From a bacterium (GTDB taxonomy: Bacteria > Patescibacteriota > Patescibacteriia > JACPHY01): 64,000 nucleotides of DNA. Positions 17,833-28,390 of the stretch are shown in pieces (position 1 is the first letter of the stretch; each line of letters begins with the position of its first letter). Location of the stretch: contig JAUSKG010000034.1 of NCBI GenBank assembly GCA_030647005.1, positions 4,050 to 68,049 of the forward strand, read 5' to 3'. The notes under the pieces are model-generated. The model made no database searches, was not told the origin of the DNA, and saw nothing but the letters and a program-made list of their open reading frames with translations. The translations under genes were made by a program, and so were the position numbers.

Positions 17833-19443
17833 ATGGTCGCTGTCGAAACACCAAGTGATTCGTGGAAACGCGCACTCGGGCACCCCGTTCTCCAGGGGTG
17901 CGTTCTCATGGTGCTCGCGGTGATCATTGCGATCATCGTGCAGGTGCCCGGCCACTTCCCGGACCCCGACTCCTACTACCACGCCGGCATGGCGGAGCTC
18001 GCGGCGGAGGGGGTGTTCGAGCAGACGTTCCCGTGGCTCACGCTCACAAACTTCCCCGAGACCTTCGCAGACCTCCACTTCGTCTACCACCTCGTCCTCG
18101 TTCCATTCGTGAACATCTTTGGTACCGCAACGGGCCTCCGCATCGCAACGATCGCCGCGGTCGGGCTCCTCGCGATCACGTTCTCCGCACTCCTCCGCAC
18201 GCTCAACGTCCGCGGCGCGTTCTGGCTCACCGCGCTCCTCCTCGGGAGCTCGTCATTCATGCTCCGCGCGAACCTCGCAAAGTCCCAGGGGTTCGCGTTC
18301 ACTATTCTCTTCCTCGGCATGACCGCGGCAGCGAAGCGGTCGCACATCGGCATCTTCCTCGCCACGCTGTTCGCGACGTGGACCTCAAGCCACTGGCCTG
18401 TGCTCACCGTTGCGGTGTGCGCTTTTGCGCTCGCGCAGTGCGTCGTGGAGATCGTTGACGGCACCGCGCCCACGCTACGCATCGGCAAGCCGTTCCTCCG
18501 CATGTGCGGAATGATCCTCACCGCGCTCTGCGGCAATGCGGTCGCACTCATCGTCAACCCGTACTTTCCTGCGAACCTCACGATGGCGCGCGAGCAAATC
18601 CTGAACATCGCAGTCATCGGCGGCATCCCCGAGGCCATTCCCGGTGGCGAATGGGTGCCACTCTCCGTGATGGAGCTCGCCTCCGCGATCGGATTCCTCA
18701 TTCCGCTCCTCCTCATCGCCACGTACGGACTCATGGTGCTCATCATGCGGACGGTGCGTGGGACTGATGCGAACGGGCGACAGACGACCGCGTACGCGAT
18801 CGCGACCGCACTCCTCGCCGCGACGTTCTTCGCACTGACGCTCGGCGCGCGCCGCCACATCGAGTTCCTCACACCGCTCCTCATCGCCTTCATCGCCGTG
18901 GGTATCCAGCCGGCGGTCCAGTGGGCGTGGCCGCCGCGTGTCGCGATTGCCTGGCGGAGGCCGGGTGAGCTCCGACGCCCGCTCGCGACGATCATGCTCC
19001 TCGTCGCCATTGCGGGATTCACCGTGGGCGCCATCCGTGGCATCCGCGCGCAGCGCGAGCGCTTTGCCACCGGATACTCCGTGGAAACGCTCGCGGGCGC
19101 GAGCGCGTGGATTGCGGAGCACGCACCGGAAAATGCCATCATCTTCCACGCGGACTGGGATGATTTTCCCCTCCTCTTCTTCCATGACCGACGCCACCGC
19201 TACCTCGTGGGGCTCGACCCACGCTTCGCGTACTACCACAACCGCGAACGCTACCGCGAGCTCCTCGCCATTCGTGCGGGTGATATCCCCGATGGCCGCA
19301 TCGCGCAGCGCATCATCGCGGTGACGGATGCGTCCTACGCAATCGTCACCGCGGACCAACCCGAACTCACCGCGCTCCTCGATGCCGACCTCGACGCGAC
19401 GCAGGTCTACGGCGACGACGAAGCGCGTGTGTACGCATTGTAA
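17833..19443 (+). CDS. GT-C-fold membrane glycosyltransferase-like protein
   Basis: DPDSYYH motif after TM1, many TMs, C-terminal soluble domain (ADWDDFP..GLDP). Confidence 0.75.
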   Translation: MVAVETPSDSWKRALGHPVLQGCVLMVLAVIIAIIVQVPGHFPDPDSYYHAGMAELAAEGVFEQTFPWLTLTNFPETFADLHFVYHLVLVPFVNIFGTATGLRIATIAAVGLLAITFSALLRTLNVRGAFWLTALLLGSSSFMLRANLAKSQGFAFTILFLGMTAAAKRSHIGIFLATLFATWTSSHWPVLTVAVCAFALAQCVVEIVDGTAPTLRIGKPFLRMCGMILTALCGNAVALIVNPYFPANLTMAREQILNIAVIGGIPEAIPGGEWVPLSVMELASAIGFLIPLLLIATYGLMVLIMRTVRGTDANGRQTTAYAIATALLAATFFALTLGARRHIEFLTPLLIAFIAVGIQPAVQWAWPPRVAIAWRRPGELRRPLATIMLLVAIAGFTVGAIRGIRAQRERFATGYSVETLAGASAWIAEHAPENAIIFHADWDDFPLLFFHDRRHRYLVGLDPRFAYYHNRERYRELLAIRAGDIPDGRIAQRIIAVTDASYAIVTADQPELTALLDADLDATQVYGDDEARVYAL

Positions 19444-19457
19444 TCACGCACGCTCGG

Positions 19458-20312
19458 ATGCTCACCGTTATCCTCCCAGTACGGAACGAGGAGCCCATCA
19501 TCGCGGCAACCATCGAGCGACTCCTCACGTTCCTCCACGCGACGCTCCACGAGCCGTGGCGCGTTATCGTTGCTGACAATGCCTCGACGGACCGCACGCG
19601 CGATGTCGTGCGGGATGCGATAGTACACGATGGCACGCACCTCGCACTCCTCGAGCTCGATCGCCCGGGCAAGGGCCACGCGGTAATGAGCGCGTGGCGA
19701 AAAGCTGCAAGCGAAACAACAACGGCATGTCATTGCGAGCCGAATCCGAGAGGCGTGGCAATCCCGGTCATATCGGTACAAGGTGAAAGCCGGGTGCACT
19801 GCATGGCCGGGATTGCCACGTCGCGGACTCCTCGCAATGACAAACAAGGGAGTTTTGCAGAGGTCCCTCAAAATATCTTCCTCTTCCTCGATGCCGATCT
19901 CGCCACTGATCTTCGACACATCCCGGAGCTCATCGCCGCGGTGCGCAGTGGCGCGGACATCGCGGCGGCGTCGCGGTACCTCCCGGGATCGCAGACGCAC
20001 CGGAGCACCTTCCGCCACATCATCTCGCGTGCGAACGCGCTCCTCCTCCGGCTCCGGTTTGGACTCCGCATGACCGATGCGCCGTGCGGCGCGAAAGCGG
20101 TGAACGCTCGGGTGGTGCGCGACATCGTCCCGCTCATCCGGGACGACCAGTGGTTCTTTGATACGGAGCTCTGCATCCGTGCGCAGCGCGCCGGTTTCCG
20201 CATCGTTGAGATTCCGATCGCATGGCATGAACCGCGCGAGGGTGTTGCCATCGCGAAAGTCCTCAGGATCATTGTGCGCAACTGCCGGACGATCCTCCGC
20301 TCACCGCTATGA
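19458..20312 (+). CDS. GT2 polyprenyl-phosphate glycosyltransferase with in-frame palindromic insertion
   Basis: VILPVRNEE, ADNASTD, GKG, DADL, DAPCGAKA, WFFDTEL. Confidence 0.92.
   Translation: MLTVILPVRNEEPIIAATIERLLTFLHATLHEPWRVIVADNASTDRTRDVVRDAIVHDGTHLALLELDRPGKGHAVMSAWRKAASETTTACHCEPNPRGVAIPVISVQGESRVHCMAGIATSRTPRNDKQGSFAEVPQNIFLFLDADLATDLRHIPELIAAVRSGADIAAASRYLPGSQTHRSTFRHIISRANALLLRLRFGLRMTDAPCGAKAVNARVVRDIVPLIRDDQWFFDTELCIRAQRAGFRIVEIPIAWHEPREGVAIAKVLRIIVRNCRTILRSPL
19728..19842. mobile_element. Family A element in-frame within GT2 gene
   Basis: TGTCATTGCGAG...CTCGCAATGACA, translated CHCEPNPRGVAIP...GIATSRTPRND. Confidence 0.9.
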
Positions 20313-22036
20313 CCGGCCGCACAATGCCGTTCCCCACCTGGAAAACGCTCGCACGCAGCGAGCGACGATTCGCGCTGCTCGTTGGACTCGCGCTCGTGGT
20401 CATCACCGGCCTGCCGCTCCTCTACGGCTGGAGCAACACGCCTCCGGATGCCACGTTCACCGGCCTCCAGTCCATCAACGTCGGGGACTTCTCGGTCTAC
20501 GCCTCATACATCGAGCAGGTACGCGAGGGACGCCTCCTCTTCGTCAATCGCTTCACGTCAGACCTGCCGCCATTCCCGCGCCTCCACGCGTTCTGGCTGG
20601 GTATGGGACTCATCGCGACGGTGCTCCACCTCCCCGCGATCGTGGCGTTCCATGCGGTACGCCTCGTCCTCATCATCCCGTTCGTCGCATTCCTCGCGGT
20701 GTTCGTCACGACGTTCATCGAGCGCGGCGCTGGCACCTGGAGCGCGTCCACGCTCCGGCGTATCGCACTCCTCGGCATCGCGTTTGCTGCGGGGTTTGGT
20801 GGCATCGTGCACGGACTCACCTCATACGCGACGCATGCACCGCCAGAGGAAGCGGGAGTCCTCATGGACTTGCTCGTCGCGGAGGCATTCCCGTTCACCG
20901 CGATGTACACGTCGCCGCACTTCATCGCATCGCTCTGGCTCCTCCTTGGCATCATCCTTTTGGGGTACCGTTACGCGCTGTCCGGCCACATCCGCGATGC
21001 CGTGCTCGCCGGCATCGCGGCACTCGCGCTCTTTCACATGCAGCCGTACTACGTCGTGACGATCTTCGGTGTACTCGCCGCATGGATCACCATCGAAACA
21101 ATCGTTGCGCGACGCATCCCGAAGCGCCTCGTGGCACTCACGGTGGTCGTACTCCTCATGGGTGCGCCAGCGATTGCGTACCAACTCTGGCTTATCCACG
21201 CAGACCCGATCACCGTGTGGCACCTTCGACAAAACATCCTCCCGATGCCGCGCTGGTGGGTCGTCCTCATCAGCTACGGCGCGCTCATTCCGCTCGCCAC
21301 TGCGGGAATCGTTCTACGTCTGCGCACGATGACACGCACCGATCGGCTCCTCATCGCGTGGCTCGTGGCGAATGTGGTCCTCCTTGTCACGCCGTTCCCA
21401 TGGCAGCGCAAGCTCAGCGAGGGATTTCAGGTTGCGCTCGTGCTCGCGGGTACGCCAGCGCTCGCGGCGATCCTCGCGACGCTGCGCGCGCACCTCCCGC
21501 AGCCCATCGCGCGGTACGGCTGGACGCGGCTCACGGGCGCGATCACCGCGATCGTCGTCTTCGCGCTGTCGCCAATCACCGTCGTTGGCGCGGACCTCCT
21601 CCGGTACGATCCGCGCAATGCACACACCCCCACATTCCTGTATTACTTCTTCTACCCGAATGCCACCATTGACGCAATGCACTGGATCCGCGCGCACGCG
21701 GACGAACGCGACGCGACCGTCGCGGCAAGTATTGATGGGTACTTTGTTCCGCGATACGCCGCGCGGCCCGTTGCGTACGGACACATGCACGAGACGACAA
21801 ACGCCACGGTGAAACGCGCAGCACTTCTGGATATCCTCATGGCGCGGATGTCACCCGCTGATGCACTGCTGCTCCTGCGCAATCTCAACGTCCGCTATTT
21901 TCTCGTCACCGATACCCATCGCGATGTATGGGTGCTCCATCCCACAGATCTCCCGGGGGTGCACCTCGCATACGCGAACGACGGCGCCGAGGTCTACGAG
22001 CTCGCGCCACCATCCACCGAAGAAACACCCCGATAA
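20309..22036 (+). CDS. GT-C-fold membrane glycosyltransferase-like protein
   Basis: GDFSVYASYIEQ loop after TM1, multiple TMs, C-terminal domain (YGHMHET). Confidence 0.75.
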   Translation: MTGRTMPFPTWKTLARSERRFALLVGLALVVITGLPLLYGWSNTPPDATFTGLQSINVGDFSVYASYIEQVREGRLLFVNRFTSDLPPFPRLHAFWLGMGLIATVLHLPAIVAFHAVRLVLIIPFVAFLAVFVTTFIERGAGTWSASTLRRIALLGIAFAAGFGGIVHGLTSYATHAPPEEAGVLMDLLVAEAFPFTAMYTSPHFIASLWLLLGIILLGYRYALSGHIRDAVLAGIAALALFHMQPYYVVTIFGVLAAWITIETIVARRIPKRLVALTVVVLLMGAPAIAYQLWLIHADPITVWHLRQNILPMPRWWVVLISYGALIPLATAGIVLRLRTMTRTDRLLIAWLVANVVLLVTPFPWQRKLSEGFQVALVLAGTPALAAILATLRAHLPQPIARYGWTRLTGAITAIVVFALSPITVVGADLLRYDPRNAHTPTFLYYFFYPNATIDAMHWIRAHADERDATVAASIDGYFVPRYAARPVAYGHMHETTNATVKRAALLDILMARMSPADALLLLRNLNVRYFLVTDTHRDVWVLHPTDLPGVHLAYANDGAEVYELAPPSTEETPR

Positions 22037-22039
22037 CGT

Positions 22040-23335
22040 ATGCGCTTCCCATCTCCCATAAGAACAATAACCATCATCGTCCCGAGCTTCAATGAGATAC
22101 GCACCATCGCACGCATCTACGATGCGCTCGTACGCTTGCGCCTCGCGGTGGATAACAACGAGATTGAAAAAAGTATCCTTTTTGTTGACGATGGATCAAC
22201 TGACGGAACACGAGAGTGGATCACGCACACGCTTGCGGATGCCCGTTGTGACGGTTCGATTCGCCTCCTCACGCATCCGACAAACCGCGGCAAGGGTGCC
22301 GCCATCCGCACTGCGCTGGAACATGCACATGGGGACTACATCATCATCCAGGATGCCGATCTCGAATATGATCCGCAGGACATCCAGACACTCGTCACTG
22401 CAGCGCATCTGACTCATGCCCCCGCCATCTACGGGTCTCGCGACAAGGACATCGTGAATGCGTGCTCCAGTAAGACGTTCCTCTGGGGCAATCGCATACT
22501 CACCCTTCTGACAAACCTCCTGTTTCGACAACGTCTCACCGATGTTGAAACGTGCTATAAGCTCATCAATACGCAGCTCTATACATTCCTAGATCTCCGA
22601 GAGCACGGTTTTGGCACCGAAATCGAGGTGACGGCAAAAATCGCGACGCTCGGCATCACCATCCCGGAGGTTTCCATCACCTACACGCCGCGCTCGTACC
22701 ATGAGGGAAAAAAGATTCGTGTGCGGGATGGCGTTCGAGCAGTGCTATTACTCGTGAAGTACAGAGTGTCCGATCTCCATTACGGTCCTTTAGATCTCTG
22801 CATCCGCGCATGGCGGGAACGAGCGCTCTGGCGCGTCTTCGCGCCGCACGCATCCGCAACCGTACTCGATGTCGGTTGCGGACGACAAGCATCGCTCGCA
22901 TGGAAGTTGCGCACACGGGTTTCCACGTACACAGGCGTTGATCCTGATGTCCGTCCTGCACAGTACCGGAATGTCCGCATCCTCCGCACTCCAGCCGAGC
23001 AAATGGTGGCGCAATTGGACGGCGAGACATTTGACACCATCATTGCGCTTGCTGTCCTTGAGCATCTCGATGACCCGGATCATTTCCTACACGAATGCCG
23101 AACACTCCTCAAGAACAACGGATGCCTCATCCTCACCACTCCAACACCGCGAGCGCAACCCATACTCCACCTCCTTGCGTTCCTTCGCCTCATTGATGCC
23201 CATGAGATTGAGGAACATAAAACACTCTTCCATCCCCGCGAGCTCCACGAGATGCTCCGGCGAGCGGGATATTCCTCCGTCCGAGTACGGCCGTTCCTCT
23301 TTGGATACAACTGCTGCTATGTTGCAACGCGCTAA
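22040..23335 (+). CDS. GT2 glycosyltransferase fused to class I SAM methyltransferase
   Basis: DDGSTDGT, NRGKG, QDADLEY, DVETCYK; then LDVGCG, LAVLEHL, LKNNGCLILTTP. Confidence 0.9.
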   Translation: MRFPSPIRTITIIVPSFNEIRTIARIYDALVRLRLAVDNNEIEKSILFVDDGSTDGTREWITHTLADARCDGSIRLLTHPTNRGKGAAIRTALEHAHGDYIIIQDADLEYDPQDIQTLVTAAHLTHAPAIYGSRDKDIVNACSSKTFLWGNRILTLLTNLLFRQRLTDVETCYKLINTQLYTFLDLREHGFGTEIEVTAKIATLGITIPEVSITYTPRSYHEGKKIRVRDGVRAVLLLVKYRVSDLHYGPLDLCIRAWRERALWRVFAPHASATVLDVGCGRQASLAWKLRTRVSTYTGVDPDVRPAQYRNVRILRTPAEQMVAQLDGETFDTIIALAVLEHLDDPDHFLHECRTLLKNNGCLILTTPTPRAQPILHLLAFLRLIDAHEIEEHKTLFHPRELHEMLRRAGYSSVRVRPFLFGYNCCYVATR

Positions 23336-24653
23336 AGGATTCTTCGCACATCTCTCAACTCGCGCCGACCGGTACCTCCCCGGACTCTTCCGCAGGGGGA
23401 CACCTCCACGCATGTTCGTCGAGATCATCGTGCTCGCGGTCAGCATCCTGTCACTCTTCTTTGTGACGCTCCATACAAACTTCTCCATCACTTCACAACA
23501 ACAGTTCGCGCACCTCGCACAGTCGTTCCTCCAGGGTGTCGCCTATTTTCTCAATCCATTCTTTGACGCACCCGGAGAAACCCTCATTGATACGGTCTTC
23601 ATCCACGGACGGTACTACTGGCCACTGAGCCCACTTCCAGCGATCCTGCTCATGCCGTTTGTCCACGTTGCGAGTGTGTTCCATGGATTCTTCCTCCAGG
23701 GATATCTCCAATTCTTCCTCACACTGGGGATTTTCATGCTCTGCGTTTCCATCGCACGGCACTGGTCATACTCGCATCGAGATGCGCTGTGGCTCGCATT
23801 CGCATTTGTCTTTGCCTCAACGTACCACCTCGTTGCGTTCGTATCACACAGCTGGTACTTCGTTCAGGCCATCGCGGTGTTCTTTACACTCTTCGCAATC
23901 CAGGAATGGCTTGGCAGGAGACGGTGGTGGATGATTGGCATCGCGTGCGCACTCGTTTTTGCAAGTAGAGTGACTGCGGGTGTGGGCGTGCTCTTCTTCG
24001 TGGGCGATATCCTGTTCCAAAGCAGTCGTCTCCCATCCCGAAAACAGTACGTCTCCCTCGCACAGCTTCTCGTACCCATCTTCCTCGCGGGCGTGCTGCT
24101 CCTCGGATACAATGCTGTCCGCTTTGGGACGATATTCGAAAACGGCTACCGCTTAGCCAATGCGAGCACCGCAACCGCCGAGGACCGCTACGAGTTGCTG
24201 CACTACGGCCTCTTCCGTATCGAGAATATTCCGACGAATCTCTACTACTACTTCGTCAGGTCATTGGATCCTGTCACGCTTCCCATTGCAACGAGCTCCA
24301 GAAGAACGTACCACCTCACCGCACCGTACGTCACCGTCGGAGACCCGGGCGTGAGCTTCTTTGTGACGGCACCCATCTTCCTCTACCTGTTCTCAAGGAA
24401 AACGAGACAATCACTTCGCGAGGAGCGCTCGGTGCGCCTGGCGGCGATGACCGTTGTTCCCATCCTCCTGTTACTCCTCCTGTACTACTGGCCGGGATGG
24501 ACGCAGGTCGGACCGCGCTATATGCTTGACCTCCTTCCGTATCTCTTTCTCGTACTCCTTGCATCGTTCCACAACTACCGCCTCCCTGCTTTCGCAAGGA
24601 TCCTCATCATCTGCAGTGCTGCGCTCAACCTCTTTCTCACGATACATTTCTGA
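23319..24653 (+). CDS. Membrane protein, GT-C-like
   Basis: HLAQSFLQG, YNAVRFG..FENGY, GWTQVGPRYMLD; overlaps upstream stop. Confidence 0.75.
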   Translation: MLQRAKGFFAHLSTRADRYLPGLFRRGTPPRMFVEIIVLAVSILSLFFVTLHTNFSITSQQQFAHLAQSFLQGVAYFLNPFFDAPGETLIDTVFIHGRYYWPLSPLPAILLMPFVHVASVFHGFFLQGYLQFFLTLGIFMLCVSIARHWSYSHRDALWLAFAFVFASTYHLVAFVSHSWYFVQAIAVFFTLFAIQEWLGRRRWWMIGIACALVFASRVTAGVGVLFFVGDILFQSSRLPSRKQYVSLAQLLVPIFLAGVLLLGYNAVRFGTIFENGYRLANASTATAEDRYELLHYGLFRIENIPTNLYYYFVRSLDPVTLPIATSSRRTYHLTAPYVTVGDPGVSFFVTAPIFLYLFSRKTRQSLREERSVRLAAMTVVPILLLLLLYYWPGWTQVGPRYMLDLLPYLFLVLLASFHNYRLPAFARILIICSAALNLFLTIHF

Positions 24654-24675
24654 AGGACATGACCGGCATCGTGCT

Positions 24676-26457
24676 CTAAGGTGCCGCCTCTACCTCGCGC
24701 AGCGGCCCGATGATGCGGTGCGTGATGCGCTCTGCGGGCGTGAAGAGTTCGAGCGGGGGTGCGGGGCCGTCCGCGCCGCGCGCGAGGAGGAACACGCCAT
24801 CGCGCTCCGCAGCAACGCGGAACCCGCCATCCTCGAGAAGACGCGCCAACCGTGCTGGCGCGTCCGCGGCGTAGGGCTTGGTCCAGGAAACGTGGAGGAG
24901 CGCGGTGTACTCCTCCGCCATGTCCGCAATGACTGCGAGGACGTGCGTCGTTTGGGACGGAAGCACATACGGCGCGAACGCGTACTGCTGCTGGCCGAGT
25001 GCAGCGTTCGGGAGGTACGTCGTGCCGCGACGCGCGGCGACGCGCGTGATGACGGACGCGCTCGCGGAGATGACCGCGTTGTCGGGTACTGCGGCGAGGA
25101 GCACATCCGTGGCCTGCGCCTGCACGCGCTGCGTATCCGTTGCACCGAAGACCGCGGCGCGTGCGATGCCTGGGAATGGGCCGAGAAGAAACGCGACGGC
25201 GATATATGCGCTCACGCCAAGCATCATCGCAGCGCGGTGTGGGAGCGGGAACCAGTGTCCGAAGAATGTAGCGACGCGGCCTCCATACCACCCCCCTGTA
25301 TCCCCCCTCTGGAAGAGGGGGGAGCGGAGTGTGGCGAGCACGAGCGCGGGGACAAAGAGGAGCCCGTAGTGCATCTGCACCATGAGGTTGGAGCCGCCGC
25401 TCGCCGTGAGGAGCACCTGGGCCGCCGGCGGCAACGCGAGGAGAAACCACGCGGGCGCGAGGAACGGAAGGAACAAAAACGGAAGAAGAAGCCCGAGTAC
25501 GAAATCGAGATTCGAGAGACGCAGGAGGTGCTGCGCAACGAGCACGGGATGTCCAATGGTGTTCACGATCACCTCACCGAACGACTCGCCGAGCCATCCG
25601 TAGTACACGAGGAACGGGTACGCGCCCGCCGGACTATGTACTGCCGCGATGCGCGTTGCGATGGAGAACCACGCGATGCCCAGGAGGAGAGGTAAGAGCA
25701 TCCAGTACCACTTCTTGCTGTCATTGCGAGGAGTCCGCGACGCGGCAATCCCGGTCATAGGGGTTACGCAACGGTCACGCGCATTGGCCGAGATTGCCAC
25801 GCCTCGCGGACTTGGCTCGCAATGACAGAGGCGTGAGGAGAAGGAGGAAAATCGTAAAACAATCGCCACCACCCCAAACATCATCGCGATGAGCGCGATG
25901 TCCTCCCGTACGAACAGCGCGAGTATGAGAAACAGGATGAACGGCAAGAAGCGACGTTGCAGGAAAAAGTACCCCGCACTCAAAAGGAGAACGGGCGCGA
26001 ACGCGAGCGCGTGGAACTCGAAGAGTGCGGCGTTCCAAAACAGCGGATTCCCGAGCCAGAGCGCGGTGAGGAGCAGTGACCATCGTGACCGACGGAGCAA
26101 CGCGTACACTGGCACCGCAGTGAGTCCGAGCACGAGTGCCTGCACGATGACGAGGAGCCGCGCATCCGACCACACCCGGAAGATCGGTATGAGCAAGAGT
26201 AGCACGGGCTCCACGTGATCACCGAGGTAGCTGTGCTGCTGGATGTCCGACCACCACCCATTGCCGGCCGCGAGGTTCGCGAGCACGTTCGTGTAGATCG
26301 CGAGGTCGAGCCCGTTGTAGAGCAGGTACCGATACTTGAAGAAACCCACCGCGCTCACCGCGAGCGTGAAGAGCGCGATCATGCCCGCGAGCGCGAGGCG
26401 GCGCAACGTGATGGTCATCCATGGAGCATCTGCATCATGTTGATGAGGTTGTGTCAT
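24676..26457 (-). CDS. DUF2079-family membrane protein (putative GT-C) with two in-frame palindromic insertions
   Basis: DLAIYTN, YLGDHVEP, FEFH, REDIAL motifs. Confidence 0.85.
   Translation of the reverse strand: MTQPHQHDADAPWMTITLRRLALAGMIALFTLAVSAVGFFKYRYLLYNGLDLAIYTNVLANLAAGNGWWSDIQQHSYLGDHVEPVLLLLIPIFRVWSDARLLVIVQALVLGLTAVPVYALLRRSRWSLLLTALWLGNPLFWNAALFEFHALAFAPVLLLSAGYFFLQRRFLPFILFLILALFVREDIALIAMMFGVVAIVLRFSSFSSRLCHCEPSPRGVAISANARDRCVTPMTGIAASRTPRNDSKKWYWMLLPLLLGIAWFSIATRIAAVHSPAGAYPFLVYYGWLGESFGEVIVNTIGHPVLVAQHLLRLSNLDFVLGLLLPFLFLPFLAPAWFLLALPPAAQVLLTASGGSNLMVQMHYGLLFVPALVLATLRSPLFQRGDTGGWYGGRVATFFGHWFPLPHRAAMMLGVSAYIAVAFLLGPFPGIARAAVFGATDTQRVQAQATDVLLAAVPDNAVISASASVITRVAARRGTTYLPNAALGQQQYAFAPYVLPSQTTHVLAVIADMAEEYTALLHVSWTKPYAADAPARLARLLEDGGFRVAAERDGVFLLARGADGPAPPLELFTPAERITHRIIGPLREVEAAP
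25719..25827. mobile_element. Family A element in-frame within DUF2079 gene
   Basis: Translated CHCEPSPRGVAIS...GIAASRTPRND. Confidence 0.9.
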
Positions 26458-26477
26458 AGGTCGCGCTGACGATGGAC

Positions 26478-26626
26478 GGGAGGGGGTAAACCCCTCCCCT
26501 ACGGTGCTGTCATTGCGAGGAACGAGTCAGCGAGAGACGCGGCAATCCTGGTCGTGCAGGGTACCCGACTTTCACCTTGTACTGGTATAACCGGGATTGC
26601 CGCGTCGCCGACTCCTCGCAATGACA
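26478..26626. mobile_element. GTAG-type REP (family C, 26478-26502) plus family A element (26508-26626)
   Basis: GGGAGGGGGTAAACCCCTCCCCTAC; TGTCATTGCGAG...CTCGCAATGACA. Confidence 0.85.
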
Positions 26627-26865
26627 GAAGTGTGGTTGTGGTGCAGAGTCCATTTTACTGTTAACTGAGCATTAATCTTGATATTCTCCATCAAACTGTC
26701 AAACCCTATTGACAATGTAGCATATTTCTGCTACGGTGAGACATCCTGATGCGTCAGAATGGAGCATTGGGAATGGCACCTTTCCAAGTACCAACACCCA
26801 TATTGTAGCGCGTGAGATACCTCGTCACGTCATCCCTCGGGATAACGGAGAAAGGAGCAACGGAG

Positions 26866-27336
26866 ATGTTCACGATTCAACCACACACCATCGTGGTGAC
26901 TTGCATCGCAGTGCTCATTGGGAGTGCGTGTGGCACCACGCGGATCGTCTCGCCGCAAGCGGCGAACGGGTACGCGGAGTTCCATTCGGACTCCGGGTAC
27001 TTCCCCTCAACCGAAAACCCGGGTGCGCAATGGAAGCTGCTCGCGGCCGGTATCCGCGACATCGAGTGGGCGCGCGCGGATGCCGCATACGTGCAGTCCC
27101 TGCGACTCGTCGGCGCGGAGATGGCATCCAGCCAGCACCAATTCGCGGATGTCTACGCGTCCATCGGCATCCTCGCCGACCACATCCGTGGACTCCAGGC
27201 GAACGGACAGGCGATGGGCCTCCCCACGCAGGACGCGCAGCTCGTCCAAACGCTCACGGAGTGCGCGACGGGAACATGGTCTGACGTCTGCGCGCAACTC
27301 GCGCAGGAGTTCGAGCGAAGCGAGGCGGCGCGATGA
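26866..27336 (+). CDS. Hypothetical putative lipoprotein
   Basis: TTGACA-17-TACGGT promoter (26709-26737), AAGGAG RBS, LIGSA-C lipobox-like. Confidence 0.7.
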   Translation: MFTIQPHTIVVTCIAVLIGSACGTTRIVSPQAANGYAEFHSDSGYFPSTENPGAQWKLLAAGIRDIEWARADAAYVQSLRLVGAEMASSQHQFADVYASIGILADHIRGLQANGQAMGLPTQDAQLVQTLTECATGTWSDVCAQLAQEFERSEAAR

Positions 27337-27881
27337 TGCGATTCATGGTCATTGTCGTCTTCCTCCTCACGGCGTGCGGGACCGCAAACCAGCAGGAACT
27401 CACGAAGCTCCGCCTGCAGCTCGCTGGCATCCAAGCCCGGAACGCCACGCTCACGGCGCAGCTCGCACAGCGGCCGGCTCCTGCGCAGACCGCGACCGAG
27501 CTCCACACACGTCCGCCGCTCCGCGGGGACATTGACTCGCGCGAGGAGTTTTGTACGGGGGCGATGTGCCTGGAGGTGTGGAACGGCTCAACGTTCCCCA
27601 TCACCGAGCTGTTCGTGGACAATCGGCCGGTCGAGCTCCACTCACACCGCGGACCCATCCTCTGGCCCAAGAGCAGAGTATACATCTTGCTCCACCGCCC
27701 GGGGTTGCACACCATCCAGGCAACACTCACGAACGCCGTGCACGTTCCGGGCGGTGCAATTCCAACCGGCGTGAAGGTTGGCGAGTGCCACGGACGTCGC
27801 CAGGTTCCGCTCACCATGGATGAAAATCTTGGCGTTGCGCGTGTACGACTTGGCCAAGGCACCTGCAATTTCGTCCAGTAA
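27333..27881 (+). CDS. Hypothetical putative lipoprotein
   Basis: FLLTA-CG lipobox, coiled segment, beta-rich C-term; terminator at 27899-27930. Confidence 0.75.
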   Translation: MMRFMVIVVFLLTACGTANQQELTKLRLQLAGIQARNATLTAQLAQRPAPAQTATELHTRPPLRGDIDSREEFCTGAMCLEVWNGSTFPITELFVDNRPVELHSHRGPILWPKSRVYILLHRPGLHTIQATLTNAVHVPGGAIPTGVKVGECHGRRQVPLTMDENLGVARVRLGQGTCNFVQ

Positions 27882-27945
27882 ATTATACCGTAGGATAGAA
27901 GACACCCCCCAATCTCGGGGGGTGTCTCTTCATGCATAACCGTAG

Positions 27946-28368
27946 CTATCCACTCGTTGCTGTTCTCACGCGACTCAAAACGAACGCTGAGATTGCAAAA
28001 GCGGCGAGCGTGACTACCAACCCAATGAGTGCGCGACTGAAGGTCTCCTTCGCCTTGGTCACTTTGGTCTCTTCGCTCCCTGCGGTCATCCAGAGGAATC
28101 CGCCATACACCACGAGTCCAAAGAAGATAATACTAACGAGCTGGAGCAACCCGTTGACGATCCGTGTGACAAGGATGATAGGCGAGGAGGGATCGGTAAT
28201 GTATCCGGCACCAAGACCGATCTGCTGACGCTGTTCCTTGATATCGTCTTTAAGGGATGCCACCGCGATAGAGGGAAGAACCGCAAACACCGCGCACCAC
28301 ACGAAGATGTTCGCGCAGACCGTCCGTATCATCCGCATTCCCAGATGTGTGTGCTGTGGTGCGTGCAT
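27946..28368 (-). CDS. T4SS_pilin/VirB2-like pilin 7
   Basis: YGGFLWMTAGSEETKVTKAK..ALIGL; start uncertain. Confidence 0.85.
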   Translation of the reverse strand: MHAPQHTHLGMRMIRTVCANIFVWCAVFAVLPSIAVASLKDDIKEQRQQIGLGAGYITDPSSPIILVTRIVNGLLQLVSIIFFGLVVYGGFLWMTAGSEETKVTKAKETFSRALIGLVVTLAAFAISAFVLSRVRTATSG

Positions 28369-28390
28369 ACGTCAGGAGGTTGCTGCAGCA

